This document shows positions 31,046 to 39,222 of a stretch of 42,623 bases of DNA, in pieces. Within the stretch, counting starts at the first letter, position 1, and each line of letters starts with the position of its first letter. A program made the translations under genes and the position numbers. The stretch spans positions 1-42,623 of the IMG/VR virus record IMGVR_UViG_3300037851_000125, one strand, 5' to 3'. Under the pieces are notes generated by a model. That model was not told where the DNA came from. It made no database searches and saw only the letters and a program-made list of their open reading frames with translations. Origin of the DNA: a virus (lineage: Duplodnaviria; Caudoviricetes).

Positions 31046-31096
31046 AGAAACACTTTTGTGTCAGTCCTAAGATACTCTCTTAGGAGATGCTAAAGT

Positions 31097-31450
31097 TTAC
31101 TCCTTCTCCAACTCTCTCAACTCTTGCGTTAAATTACTAATATCATCTTCACAAACTTTAATATTATTTTGACATTCCACAATCTTAGCGTAAGATTGTT
31201 CAATCAAAGCTTTATTATTATCTTTCTGCCTTTTAGAAGTTTCTAAACTTTCTTTTAATCTTTTAATCTTAGCTTCCTTTTTCTCAACTAATTCGTGGGT
31301 TTCTGGGTTGTAGGTTTGCCAATTTGTAAAATAATAAGTTACGGGCTGAGACTCCCATAAGTCTTTAAATACCTGTAATGAGTTCTTAACACTATTACTA
31401 CAATTCTCACAAGCTTTAGTTCCAGCTAAAGTACAATTACAAAAATACAT
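31097..31450 (-). CDS. Cys-rich N-terminus plus coiled-coil hypothetical protein
   Basis: MYFCNC...CENC followed by heptads. Confidence 0.55.
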   Translation of the reverse strand: MYFCNCTLAGTKACENCSNSVKNSLQVFKDLWESQPVTYYFTNWQTYNPETHELVEKKEAKIKRLKESLETSKRQKDNNKALIEQSYAKIVECQNNIKVCEDDISNLTQELRELEKE

Positions 31451-31453
31451 GTT

Positions 31454-31810
31454 TTATTCCTCCAATTTTTTAGATTTAATGTATGGAGTAGCCTTAACAA
31501 ATTTTATACCACTCTCTTCATCTTTAACCAAATCAGCCTCTTTAGCAGGTACTTTTTGCATACCTCTGCCACTATTATAGAACAAATTACCTTTTAAATA
31601 TTGGCGAGTCTTATTATTTAAAGTCTTTCTCAAAGCTTTATATACTAAGTAGTCCATTCCTTCAGGTCTTTTACCTGCGAATACACTATTAATTGTATCA
31701 GAATTTAAATCTTTAAGTTGTTCTGCCAATTTGTTAACTTCTTGCTGATCTGCTGACATAATTTCTTCTTTAACTTCTTCCATATTGTAATTGATATTGT
31801 TTATGTTCAA
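31454..31810 (-). CDS. Hypothetical protein (likely start MEEVKEE at 31783)
   Basis: ORF track; ATG at 31783. Confidence 0.55.
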   Translation of the reverse strand: MNINNINYNMEEVKEEIMSADQQEVNKLAEQLKDLNSDTINSVFAGKRPEGMDYLVYKALRKTLNNKTRQYLKGNLFYNSGRGMQKVPAKEADLVKDEESGIKFVKATPYIKSKKLEE

Positions 31811-31943
31811 ATAATTGTTGCAAGGTTATTATACTCATATAGTTATCACAACTATGGTAAATACCTTTCTTTGTAATTTTTATAGATTCTTTACATACAG
31901 GACATTTCCATATAGTTCCTATAAGATCTTCTTTAGAGTTCAT
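31770..31943 (-). CDS. Small Cys-containing hypothetical protein (57 aa)
   Basis: Not in the track: MNSKEDLIGTIWKCPVCKES...; fills the gap. Confidence 0.4.
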   Translation of the reverse strand: MNSKEDLIGTIWKCPVCKESIKITKKGIYHSCDNYMSIITLQQLFEHKQYQLQYGRS

Positions 31944-32259
31944 AAGTTTCTAGAAATTTATTGAACAAGTCTTCCTTAGAAATAGTAGTATAAGGAGTAC
32001 CTTCTATTGCAGACACAGGTATACAAAATTGGTCTCCGTGCCAACTATAAGATACTCTACTTTTAGCACAATATGTTACAAATTCTATAGCTAACTTCTT
32101 AGCTTCTTCTGCGCACAATTCTCCAGAATTTAAGAAACTATAAGAATTACAGATCGCATTATCATCAAATATTTGAATAAACTTTTTAGATAGTTTTTCC
32201 ATTATTCCTCTTTTTAAGTTCTCTTTGTAATTTACCTTTATAACTTGCAATCCTAGCAT
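31933..32259 (-). CDS. Hypothetical protein (likely start MEKLSKK)
   Basis: ORF track; LAIEF...EDLFNKF pattern common in small phage ORFs. Confidence 0.5.
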   Translation of the reverse strand: MLGLQVIKVNYKENLKRGIMEKLSKKFIQIFDDNAICNSYSFLNSGELCAEEAKKLAIEFVTYCAKSRVSYSWHGDQFCIPVSAIEGTPYTTISKEDLFNKFLETYEL

Positions 32260-32446
32260 CTAAATCTGTTAGTGGTACTTCCACAGACTCAAAACTATAC
32301 CAATTAGGTTGTTTAGGATTATGCCATCTTACCATAAAGTCCTTACCAGATACTGTTAAATCTACAGAGTTGTAATGCCTACTAAACTTCAGATACACAT
32401 TTAACAACTTTCTTAAATACTTAATCTTATCTTCCTGTGTTTTCAT
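32186..32446 (-). CDS. Hypothetical protein
   Basis: Overlapping-operon ORF. Confidence 0.5.
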   Translation of the reverse strand: MKTQEDKIKYLRKLLNVYLKFSRHYNSVDLTVSGKDFMVRWHNPKQPNWYSFESVEVPLTDLDARIASYKGKLQRELKKRNNGKTI

Positions 32447-32723
32447 CTATCTGTTTAACTTTAAAATCGTTATAAATCTTTTTACCTTCTTCTGAATTAA
32501 TATCTACTGCAATTACATCTCTATATATAACATGTCTCCTAACTCTATAGTTAGGTTTTAATTTAGAGTCTATTAATATTACACCTTTGGTTGTAGCAAT
32601 ATCCAGAATATCATTTAATACCATGTGTTGAGGAATTGCTGCCAAATCTATTTCTAATACATCTCTACGTATCTTCATATAATTATTTTTCAACAAATAT
32701 AAACTATTCTTGTATAAATTCAA
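32427..32723 (-). CDS. Hypothetical protein
   Basis: Overlapping-operon ORF. Confidence 0.5.
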   Translation of the reverse strand: MNLYKNSLYLLKNNYMKIRRDVLEIDLAAIPQHMVLNDILDIATTKGVILIDSKLKPNYRVRRHVIYRDVIAVDINSEEGKKIYNDFKVKQIDENTGR

Positions 32724-32919
32724 AATATTTCTCAGGATTTAATATTCCCTTCATTAACAAAGTATTCAGAAACTCCTCTTTGGTAATTTTCTTATCGGGA
32801 GATATTTTATCCATACCTTCCTCAAACTCTTTTAGAAACTGTTCCTTAGTTAAGTTATTTATTGGTGTTTTGCTCATATTAATTCCCAAAAATGTTTGTC
32901 TACTATTTCTTTCATCCAA
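32704..32919 (-). CDS. Hypothetical protein
   Basis: Contains an internal duplication, LTKEQFL / ITKEEFL. Confidence 0.45.
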   Translation of the reverse strand: MDERNSRQTFLGINMSKTPINNLTKEQFLKEFEEGMDKISPDKKITKEEFLNTLLMKGILNPEKYFEFIQE

Positions 32920-33101
32920 GGTTCTAAATCTGTTTGGTTATTTATAACCTTACAAAAATTAGTCATAAGTTCCCTTTTATTCATATCATTGTGTATATAC
33001 ATCTCCTCTCCCTCTGCTATACTTATAGTAGGATTACAACCACAAGCAGAATCTTCCATGTGGTTATAAGTATCTTGAGGTATAATATGCTTATAGTTCA
33101 T
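32874..33101 (-). CDS. Small His/Cys metal-binding-like protein
   Basis: H..P.D...H....CGCNP...HN motif. Confidence 0.5.
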   Translation of the reverse strand: MNYKHIIPQDTYNHMEDSACGCNPTISIAEGEEMYIHNDMNKRELMTNFCKVINNQTDLEPWMKEIVDKHFWELI

Positions 33102-33185
33102 TATTAAATAATTTTAAGAATAAATGTATTCCAAATACCAAAACTGTTATTATAAATAATACTGCTAAATATATATTAATATCCA

Positions 33186-33362
33186 TTATTCAACAACTTT
33201 AATTTCTAACTTCTTATCCAAATCAGGTGTTTCACCTATATACCAAGCCACTAATTCACTAGTCTCAGTATTTAACTCTACTACTATATTCCAAAGATTA
33301 TCTGCTCTACACATAGTATCTTTGTCTATAAATTCTACTTTTAATGGTTTAACTTCTCTCAT
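33186..33362 (-). CDS. Small hypothetical protein (58 aa)
   Basis: Not in the track: MREVKPLKVEF...; ATGA overlap with the upstream ORF. Confidence 0.5.
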   Translation of the reverse strand: MREVKPLKVEFIDKDTMCRADNLWNIVVELNTETSELVAWYIGETPDLDKKLEIKVVE

Positions 33363-33535
33363 GTTAGTTCAATATACTTATTAATACTTTTATCACTATA
33401 TCCTAATCCAAGTAATATATCTCTCCATTCCTGCATTAAATCATCTATATCAATACCTGAATCTAACTTCTTGATTATAGTTGTACCATAACTAGATTTA
33501 ACTTTAATCTTTAAGTATTCTTTTTTATTTTCCAT
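33359..33535 (-). CDS. Small hypothetical protein (58 aa)
   Basis: Not in the track: MENKKEYLKIKV...LLGLGYSDKSI. Confidence 0.5.
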   Translation of the reverse strand: MENKKEYLKIKVKSSYGTTIIKKLDSGIDIDDLMQEWRDILLGLGYSDKSINKYIELT

Positions 33536-33800
33536 CTTTTAATTTATTTTTATATCTAGTTATTATTCCCGAACAACTTAGTGAAGTATTTTCTTCAATA
33601 TTTTCTTTCCAAGGATTAGAAGATATTTGAGAATAAATTCTATCATACTCTTCAGTACCAAACCTTATACATCTAGATAATCCAACGTTAGGATAACATA
33701 TCATACTTTCTCCCCACAATATAAAATCTTGGAAAGAGTCATCTATAGTTTGCTTTATTTCATTGAGTTTTTTTACTGTAATTTCTATTTTATTTTCCAT
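33525..33800 (-). CDS. Small protein, paralogue of 34195-34470, with a portal-like motif
   Basis: SFQDFILWGES..R.I.FGTEEY..ENTS shared with 34195-34470. Confidence 0.6.
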   Translation of the reverse strand: MENKIEITVKKLNEIKQTIDDSFQDFILWGESMICYPNVGLSRCIRFGTEEYDRIYSQISSNPWKENIEENTSLSCSGIITRYKNKLKDGK

Positions 33801-34002
33801 ATTCTTCTTTATATCTTTCTATTATCTCATTAAATTGTATTCTCCAATTTATTCCCTGACACTTTTCCCATCCTTTATCTGATCTTTCTAAACATTCTAT
33901 TTTAGACCATATTTCAGGCAAATGGGCAAAAGTATATCTAAGTACTTTAGGAGTTAGTTTTTTCCACATACACTTCTTTAATTTTATTAACAACTTCCAC
34001 AA
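33790..34002 (-). CDS. Hypothetical protein
   Basis: Overlapping-operon ORF. Confidence 0.5.
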   Translation of the reverse strand: MWKLLIKLKKCMWKKLTPKVLRYTFAHLPEIWSKIECLERSDKGWEKCQGINWRIQFNEIIERYKEEYGK

Positions 34003-34205
34003 GCTAATCCTACAGCAAAAGATGTACTATCAAAACTACTTCCTCCTCCAACTCCTATCCAATCAAACCAACTTTTCTTGGCTACAGGGTACTTTGGTTG
34101 GAAACTTGGATCTGGGCCAATTATTCTTGCTTGCCGCATTGGGTTCTTTATACATATACCTGTATTGCTTGCTATAAATATACTTTGGTTATTGTTATTT
34201 TCCAT
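33987..34205 (-). CDS. Small protein containing a copy of the MCP C-terminal peptide
   Basis: GICIKNPMRQARII versus MCP GIKINNPMRVARII. Confidence 0.65.
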   Translation of the reverse strand: MENNNNQSIFIASNTGICIKNPMRQARIIGPDPSFQPKYPVAKKSWFDWIGVGGGSSFDSTSFAVGLACGSC

Positions 34206-34470
34206 ATTCTCTAAGTTTAGTTATTTCTTCTTCTGTTAAATTATCTTTAAATCTTTCTATAGCATCTGATATAGATATAGAAGTATTTTCTACAATAGTA
34301 GCCTCTTGCCATAGTTTTTCATACTCTTCTGAACCAAATGAAATATGTCTAATAGTTCCATCTGGATTAATATACTCTACAGACTCTCCCCATAAGAATA
34401 AGTCCATAAAACTTTTATTTTCTTCTATAGGATCTATTCCTGCAATGTATTTATTTATCTTCTGTTCCAT
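34195..34470 (-). CDS. Small protein with terminase-nuclease-like and portal-like motifs
   Basis: KYIAGIDP and SFMDLFLWGES; first gene after the promoter at 34508-34538. Confidence 0.6.
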   Translation of the reverse strand: MEQKINKYIAGIDPIEENKSFMDLFLWGESVEYINPDGTIRHISFGSEEYEKLWQEATIVENTSISISDAIERFKDNLTEEEITKLREYGK

Positions 34471-34507
34471 ATATTATATTCTCATTAATTAGTATTTTTT
34501 AACTCTA

Positions 34508-34538
34508 CAAATATATGTAATATTCAGAAATTTACAAA
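34508..34538 (-). promoter_or_regulatory. Bacteroidota primary-sigma promoter
   Basis: TTTG-N19-TATATTTG on the minus strand. Confidence 0.7.
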
Positions 34539-34557
34539 ATGTTATAAAACATAAAAC

Positions 34558-35124
34558 CTATAAATGTGTGCTGTCACACAATTGCTTTATAATTATTTTT
34601 ATGTCTGGATTATGTAATATCTCCTCATTTGTAAACCTTACTACTTTTACGTTTTGTTTATTTAAAATTTCAGTTCTTAGAGTATCTTTTTCTTGCTGTT
34701 CAGGAGTATTGTGGTATCCACCATCTACTTCTATACATAATCTTGACATTACAATGTAAAAATCTAGTATAAAGAATTTACCTTTAGCGTAGTGAACAGG
34801 TCTTTGGGCCTGATACTTTATTTTAAGTTCTCTTAGTATTTTACCAAGTTGTTTTTCAGCAGGTGTTTGTTTTGCTAAATTTTCTTGCCTAAATTCTTCA
34901 GCCGCAAGTTTAGAAGTCTTAGTATATTTCTTTTCTCGTGGAAGTAGCCCTTTAAGATAGTTTCTAACCGGAACCAAATCCCCTTTATCTAGGCATTCTA
35001 ACAAAGAAGTTATCTTTAATTTTAACTCCTCTTTATTAACATTATTTTTATTTTTGGGTTTAGACTTAATTTGTAGTTTATTGTTCTTTACACTTCTATA
35101 CTTACCTTTACTGTTAGTTTTCAT
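34558..35124 (-). CDS. DUF559/Vsr-like endonuclease
   Basis: TPAEKQL, FILDFY, IEVDGGYH, D..R..IL...VVRFTN. Confidence 0.85.
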   Translation of the reverse strand: MKTNSKGKYRSVKNNKLQIKSKPKNKNNVNKEELKLKITSLLECLDKGDLVPVRNYLKGLLPREKKYTKTSKLAAEEFRQENLAKQTPAEKQLGKILRELKIKYQAQRPVHYAKGKFFILDFYIVMSRLCIEVDGGYHNTPEQQEKDTLRTEILNKQNVKVVRFTNEEILHNPDIKIIIKQLCDSTHL

Positions 35125-35372
35125 AATACTATAATTTCCCTACTTAAATATTGTTGTTCTTTTTTCTCATATTTAACTTCTACAAGTCCTCTATTATTAA
35201 GAGATTGTATTGTATTTATTATATTTGTAATAGTTACTCCTAAAGCTTCTGATAATTTAGAGTTAGATCCAAATCTAGCTTCATCTTCAACAGCAATTAA
35301 AACTAGCAATAATTTTTCTGTACCTTTTAAATCTTTATTCCTCAGTATTTTCTTTATCTTTTCCATTTTCAA
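35121..35372 (-). CDS. Winged HTH protein
   Basis: L..TEKLLL...SNSKLSEALGVT...I.SL...GLV. Confidence 0.7.
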   Translation of the reverse strand: MKMEKIKKILRNKDLKGTEKLLLVLIAVEDEARFGSNSKLSEALGVTITNIINTIQSLNNRGLVEVKYEKKEQQYLSREIIVL

Positions 35373-35757
35373 ATTCTATTAATTTATAAATATATCCACG
35401 TTCTCTTGGAATTTTTTGTTTAAAATATTTACCAGATGGCTCCAATACTCTTCCTTTTAGAGTCTTACTATAAGGTTTAAATTTATAGTAGGCTTTTATA
35501 TATCCTACTTTAGCTAAATTTTTAACCATTTTAGATGGAGCTGAAGGGGACAGTTTCAGAGTACTCGATATATACTCATTACTCATATAACATTCCATTC
35601 CTTTATCTGTAAGAGATAATACCATAGCAAGTATTAATTTTTCATGGGTAGAAATTATTTCCTCATCTAAAATATTATAAGGAACATTTAAGTAAGTTCC
35701 TCTATCTATTATATCTCCATTATCCTTTAGTTGCTCATACCAATCTTTTCTATCCAT
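35335..35757 (-). CDS. HTH protein of the phage replication-initiator N-terminal type
   Basis: VPYNIL D..IS..EKLI...ECYMSNEYIS..L.LS....K.L...GYI. Confidence 0.7.
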   Translation of the reverse strand: MDRKDWYEQLKDNGDIIDRGTYLNVPYNILDEEIISTHEKLILAMVLSLTDKGMECYMSNEYISSTLKLSPSAPSKMVKNLAKVGYIKAYYKFKPYSKTLKGRVLEPSGKYFKQKIPRERGYIYKLIEFENGKDKENTEE

Positions 35758-35774
35758 ATCATAAAACTATACTA

Positions 35775-35806
35775 CAAATATAAGTATACTATTTGACATT
35801 TCCAAA
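35775..35806 (-). promoter_or_regulatory. Bacteroidota primary-sigma promoter heading the leftward arm
   Basis: TTTG-N20-TATATTTG on the minus strand, 17 bp before the ATG at 35757. Confidence 0.7.
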
Positions 35807-35836
35807 TATTTTAATAAAAAAATTATACTATGAAAT

Positions 35837-35889
35837 ATACTGAGTATATTCAGTACCATACTGAGTATATTTACCCCTATACTGAGTAT
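35837..35889. repeat. Three ATACTGAGTAT repeats at a 21-bp period (iteron/operator-like)
   Basis: Copies start at 35837, 35858 and 35879; each is an interrupted palindrome ATACT-G-AGTAT. Confidence 0.8.
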
Positions 35890-36638
35890 TATGTATTATC
35901 TTAGATATAACCTTAGAATAATAACCCAAGTTGTGATCTTTCGTCAAAATTATTTAAAATATTTTTAATGTATTTTATGCGGTGAATAAGTAGTGTATTC
36001 TCCGCATAAAAAGTTACATAGTTGTAACTTACAGAAATGTAACTTTTTATTTAGGGGTGGGTACTTTATTATATTTCGGTTATATCCCCACCAATCTATA
36101 TTAAATTTGATTTATTTTGTTGGGAATATCTCACATTAAGTGTTAATTTACTGGATAATGTTGGGTATTACCAACTATATTCTGGCAGCAAATAGTATTT
36201 TGTGCCAAAGATTTGTTATTAACTACTTTGTTGATTATACCATACAAAAATAAGTAATTTGTTTATAATATACTACAAAAAGTTAATTATCTATGAATGA
36301 GTGAAAGTTTATTTTATTTTAATACTATAAATTTTATTATATGTTTGAGTGTGGGGATCACCTACAATCCACTCCCCATCTTTCATTAAATTTTGGGTTA
36401 TACGCCCTATCAATCTTGAGGCAAGTTAACTCAAGTCAGCAATTACATGCTGTAAAAATGTAGTCATTGTACATCATGGAAAAGATGTATACCTATAGCA
36501 TGGATTACTGCTACGTTATATTCTGGAAGCAAAACAAGAATCCTCATATTGTCTGATGTATCAGAAGGACTTATTGTTACGGCTATACAACTCTGAGTAT
36601 AACGTTTTTAATGTATTTATTAATTTAATCTATATATT

Positions 36639-36938
36639 ATGATACATTTTAATATTGGACAAAAGATTGAAGTAAATCCTTTTGTTGATGTGAAGTATGT
36701 TAAATTGCCTGAATTTGCTAATAATACAGGTATTGAGCAACTATCTTCTTTTTTAAATAAAAAAAGTTGCTCAATAAATACTCGTAAAATTGGAGATAAG
36801 TGGTGTATATTGTTCAATGTAGAATTGCTAGATTTTACTACACTGTTAAAGTGGATTGCTCCTTATAGGGGAGTGTTCTATATGAATAATCACTCCATCC
36901 ATTTTCTTATTAATGAGGATATAATGTCCTGTTGGTAA
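36639..36938 (+). CDS. Hypothetical protein
   Basis: First ORF of 60 aa or more after the strand switch. Confidence 0.45.
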   Translation: MIHFNIGQKIEVNPFVDVKYVKLPEFANNTGIEQLSSFLNKKSCSINTRKIGDKWCILFNVELLDFTTLLKWIAPYRGVFYMNNHSIHFLINEDIMSCW

Positions 36939-36990
36939 ATTTTTTAAATCGTTTCTTATTTTATTAGTACTAATTTTAAATTTTTGCGTC

Positions 36991-37251
36991 ATGAAATTTG
37001 GAAAAAAACTTAGTATTTCTGCCTTTAAAGAATTACATAAGGCAGATAAGTTGGATATTATTAAGAACCCTAAGACTGGTAAGTTATTTGTCAGTGCTAA
37101 TGGTGCTGCTGTAGCTTCAGTTAGTCAGAACTATAAGTCTGATGTTTCTGATAAAGAGTTTGTTGAGCTTATTATGGAAGATGATGCTGGTACTATAATC
37201 TGGTGCTTGCATAATCCTAATGAGTCTGCAAATCTTGTAGAATCTTTGTAA
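36991..37251 (+). CDS. Small protein (KNPKTGKLF motif), probably highly expressed
   Basis: Biased codon use and a strong terminator directly after. Confidence 0.7.
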   Translation: MKFGKKLSISAFKELHKADKLDIIKNPKTGKLFVSANGAAVASVSQNYKSDVSDKEFVELIMEDDAGTIIWCLHNPNESANLVESL

Positions 37252-37258
37252 TATCATG

Positions 37259-37289
37259 TGTAGTACAGGAGAAATCCTGTACTACATTT
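37259..37289 (+). terminator. Intrinsic terminator
   Basis: TGTAGTACAGGA-GAAA-TCCTGTACTACA-TTT, a perfect 12-bp stem. Confidence 0.75.
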
Positions 37290-37385
37290 CTAATTAATTA
37301 TCTACACTATCACTCAGAAGTGTACACTCTGGTATGCAAGCCTTTATGGATAAGTCAGAGGTAATTAATTAGGATTTATTCTTAC

Positions 37386-37538
37386 AACACAAACTAACTA
37401 ACTCGGTTGGTCAGCCTTGTAAATTCATCAGACCCATTGAAACAGCAGTGTTCTGCATGTTAAGCTGTTATAGTGACAGATTGCATATACAATTGATATG
37501 TAACAACTATTTTATGTAAATGGTGATTAGTTTGTGTT
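37386..37538 (+). ncRNA. Candidate structured RNA of unknown class
   Basis: Closing stem AACACAAACTAA / TTAGTTTGTGTT encloses internal stems (AACAGC/GCTGTT, TTGCATAT/ATATGTAA); no long ORF. Confidence 0.3.
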
Positions 37539-37828
37539 ACTTTTATACCTATATAATATATGGTATAGTTTAATAATTAATATTGATTAGTAATTAATCA
37601 TTAATTTGATTAGTTATTAATCAATATTTATTTTTTACTTAAAGCTTTACTTTAAGTGATAGGGCTGAAAGGCTTGGTACTACTCACTCACCCATCTTAA
37701 TTCCAATTTACAAACTTTAAAATATACACAACATTCATATTAAATATAACATAATTTAAGTAGTCAGACTACTTAAATAACTCTTTAATGTTCCTTTCAT
37801 AGAGTATAAATAATGATAAATAAAAGAA

Positions 37829-38230
37829 GTGCATGGTAGCTCAAACTTAAAACTTATTACAATGGTACAAAATATAGAAGTTATTGCACATAAGGGTTGT
37901 GTAGAAATAAGATATAATTGTAAATATGCTGGAGGTGGTTTATATGTAACTACTCCTAAAGAACTTGTTAATGCTATAGAAGAGTTATGTGGTAAAGGAA
38001 GCTATTGTATTTATTATGATAAGCAAAATCCTTATCCTAAAGCTATTAACCATTCTGAATATATTCTTTATCCTAATGCACCAAGAATAACTTATTTACA
38101 ACAAGCTATTAAAACAGAAGTTATTGAATATGCTAGAGATGAAGCAATGAAATTCTTTGGAGATATTCCAGAAATGGAAATCGGTTGGTTGGAAAATCAA
38201 TGCAAAACTTTTGTTGAAGATTTGAAATAG
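37829..38230 (+). CDS. Hypothetical protein (likely start MVQNIEV)
   Basis: ORF track. Confidence 0.55.
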   Translation: MHGSSNLKLITMVQNIEVIAHKGCVEIRYNCKYAGGGLYVTTPKELVNAIEELCGKGSYCIYYDKQNPYPKAINHSEYILYPNAPRITYLQQAIKTEVIEYARDEAMKFFGDIPEMEIGWLENQCKTFVEDLK

Positions 38231-38608
38231 TATAAAGAACTTTCAGCTACACTTGACTATATTTATACAACATTAACTTGCCGTGAATAGTCAGTGTAGT
38301 TTACAATATTCTCATTAATATTAACCTTTAAATAAAAGTAATCATGGATTATACAATTGTCAATGGTGTGCTCATTCCAAGTAGTGAGATTGGTGATTAT
38401 GATTTCAAGTAATTAATTTATAGAGACAACTAATGGTGAGACTGCTGGCCTGATAAAGACTGGTGGGAAGAAATTAGTTGTTTCTTTCTTTCTAAAGAGA
38501 TATTAAATTGACATTGGGGTAAGTACTGCAAAGCTTAGTGTATTCTAAGTGGTAATAATCTTACCTAATATCTCTTTTTCTTTTGTAAATAATTTAACAA
38601 TATAATAT

Positions 38609-38770
38609 ATGATACATTTTATTTTATTCTTAGCTTTATTTTTTACTATACTTTCTATTAGAATGTTAATAGTAGAAATATTGACAGCAGGTTGTCCGAA
38701 ATTTATACAATATGTATTTTATATACCCACTTGTATCTTTTGGACATGGTTTTATTATTTATCTGATTAG
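38609..38770 (+). CDS. Small membrane protein (53 aa)
   Basis: Not in the track: MIHFILFLALFFTILS...FWTWFYYLSD*. Confidence 0.5.
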   Translation: MIHFILFLALFFTILSIRMLIVEILTAGCPKFIQYVFYIPTCIFWTWFYYLSD

Positions 38771-38811
38771 TAGTTGGTTTTTCATAGGTGTTTGGTTTTT
38801 AGTTAGTAGTT

Positions 38812-38846
38812 ATAACTGGTGAGAGTAATCTCATCAGTTATTTTTT
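38812..38846 (+). terminator. Intrinsic terminator
   Basis: ATAACTGGTGAGA-GTAA-TCTCATCAGTTAT followed by a T-run. Confidence 0.75.
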
Positions 38847-38873
38847 AAAAACCTGTTTTAAATAGTAAGAATA

Positions 38874-38904
38874 TTTCAAATTTATTCTAAATATATTATA
38901 TTTG
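38874..38904 (+). promoter_or_regulatory. Probable Bacteroidota promoter
   Basis: TTTC-N19-TATATTTG; one mismatch in the -33 element. Confidence 0.45.
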
Positions 38905-39222
38905 TACAGTTCTTTAACATAAATATTAGAACTCTCCACTGAATACAGACAGTAACATGAGCCGAACTTAAACCTTTTGAAATTTGGAAAGAACTTAATT
39001 CTTTATAATAATTAAATTTTGTTTTACTTGTTATAGTAAAACACATACTTCTCAGTTGTGAAACTCAGAAGTATATTTTAATATTAAATTTCATTAATAA
39101 ACTAACATAATTATGAAAGCAATAAAAAATTACTTCAAAAATCCATCATCAGAGAAAATTCAATTATGGGTTATATTAAGTATTATTTTATTCAACACTT
39201 TGTTGTATTTAACATTTGAAGT

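Noticed and set aside
434-34759. Plus-strand ORFs in the track (e.g. 434-694, 971-1282, 2490-2735, 14556-14843, 27977-28387, 30388-30708)
   Set aside because: They lie antisense to long, motif-bearing minus-strand genes and have no recognisable features; treated as shadow ORFs.
34558-35124. DUF559 nuclease as the recombinase for the cassette array
   Set aside because: It has PD-(D/E)xK/Vsr-like motifs, not the R-H-R-Y tyrosine-recombinase signature, and it is 5 kb away in the opposite arm.
37290-38580. tRNA, twister/hammerhead ribozyme or c-di-GMP riboswitch (GCAAGCC..CAGAG near 37335-37360; GCAAAGC near 38528)
   Set aside because: Only fragments of the consensus motifs are present; I could not build a cloverleaf or a complete catalytic or aptamer core by eye. 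An Rfam scan is needed.
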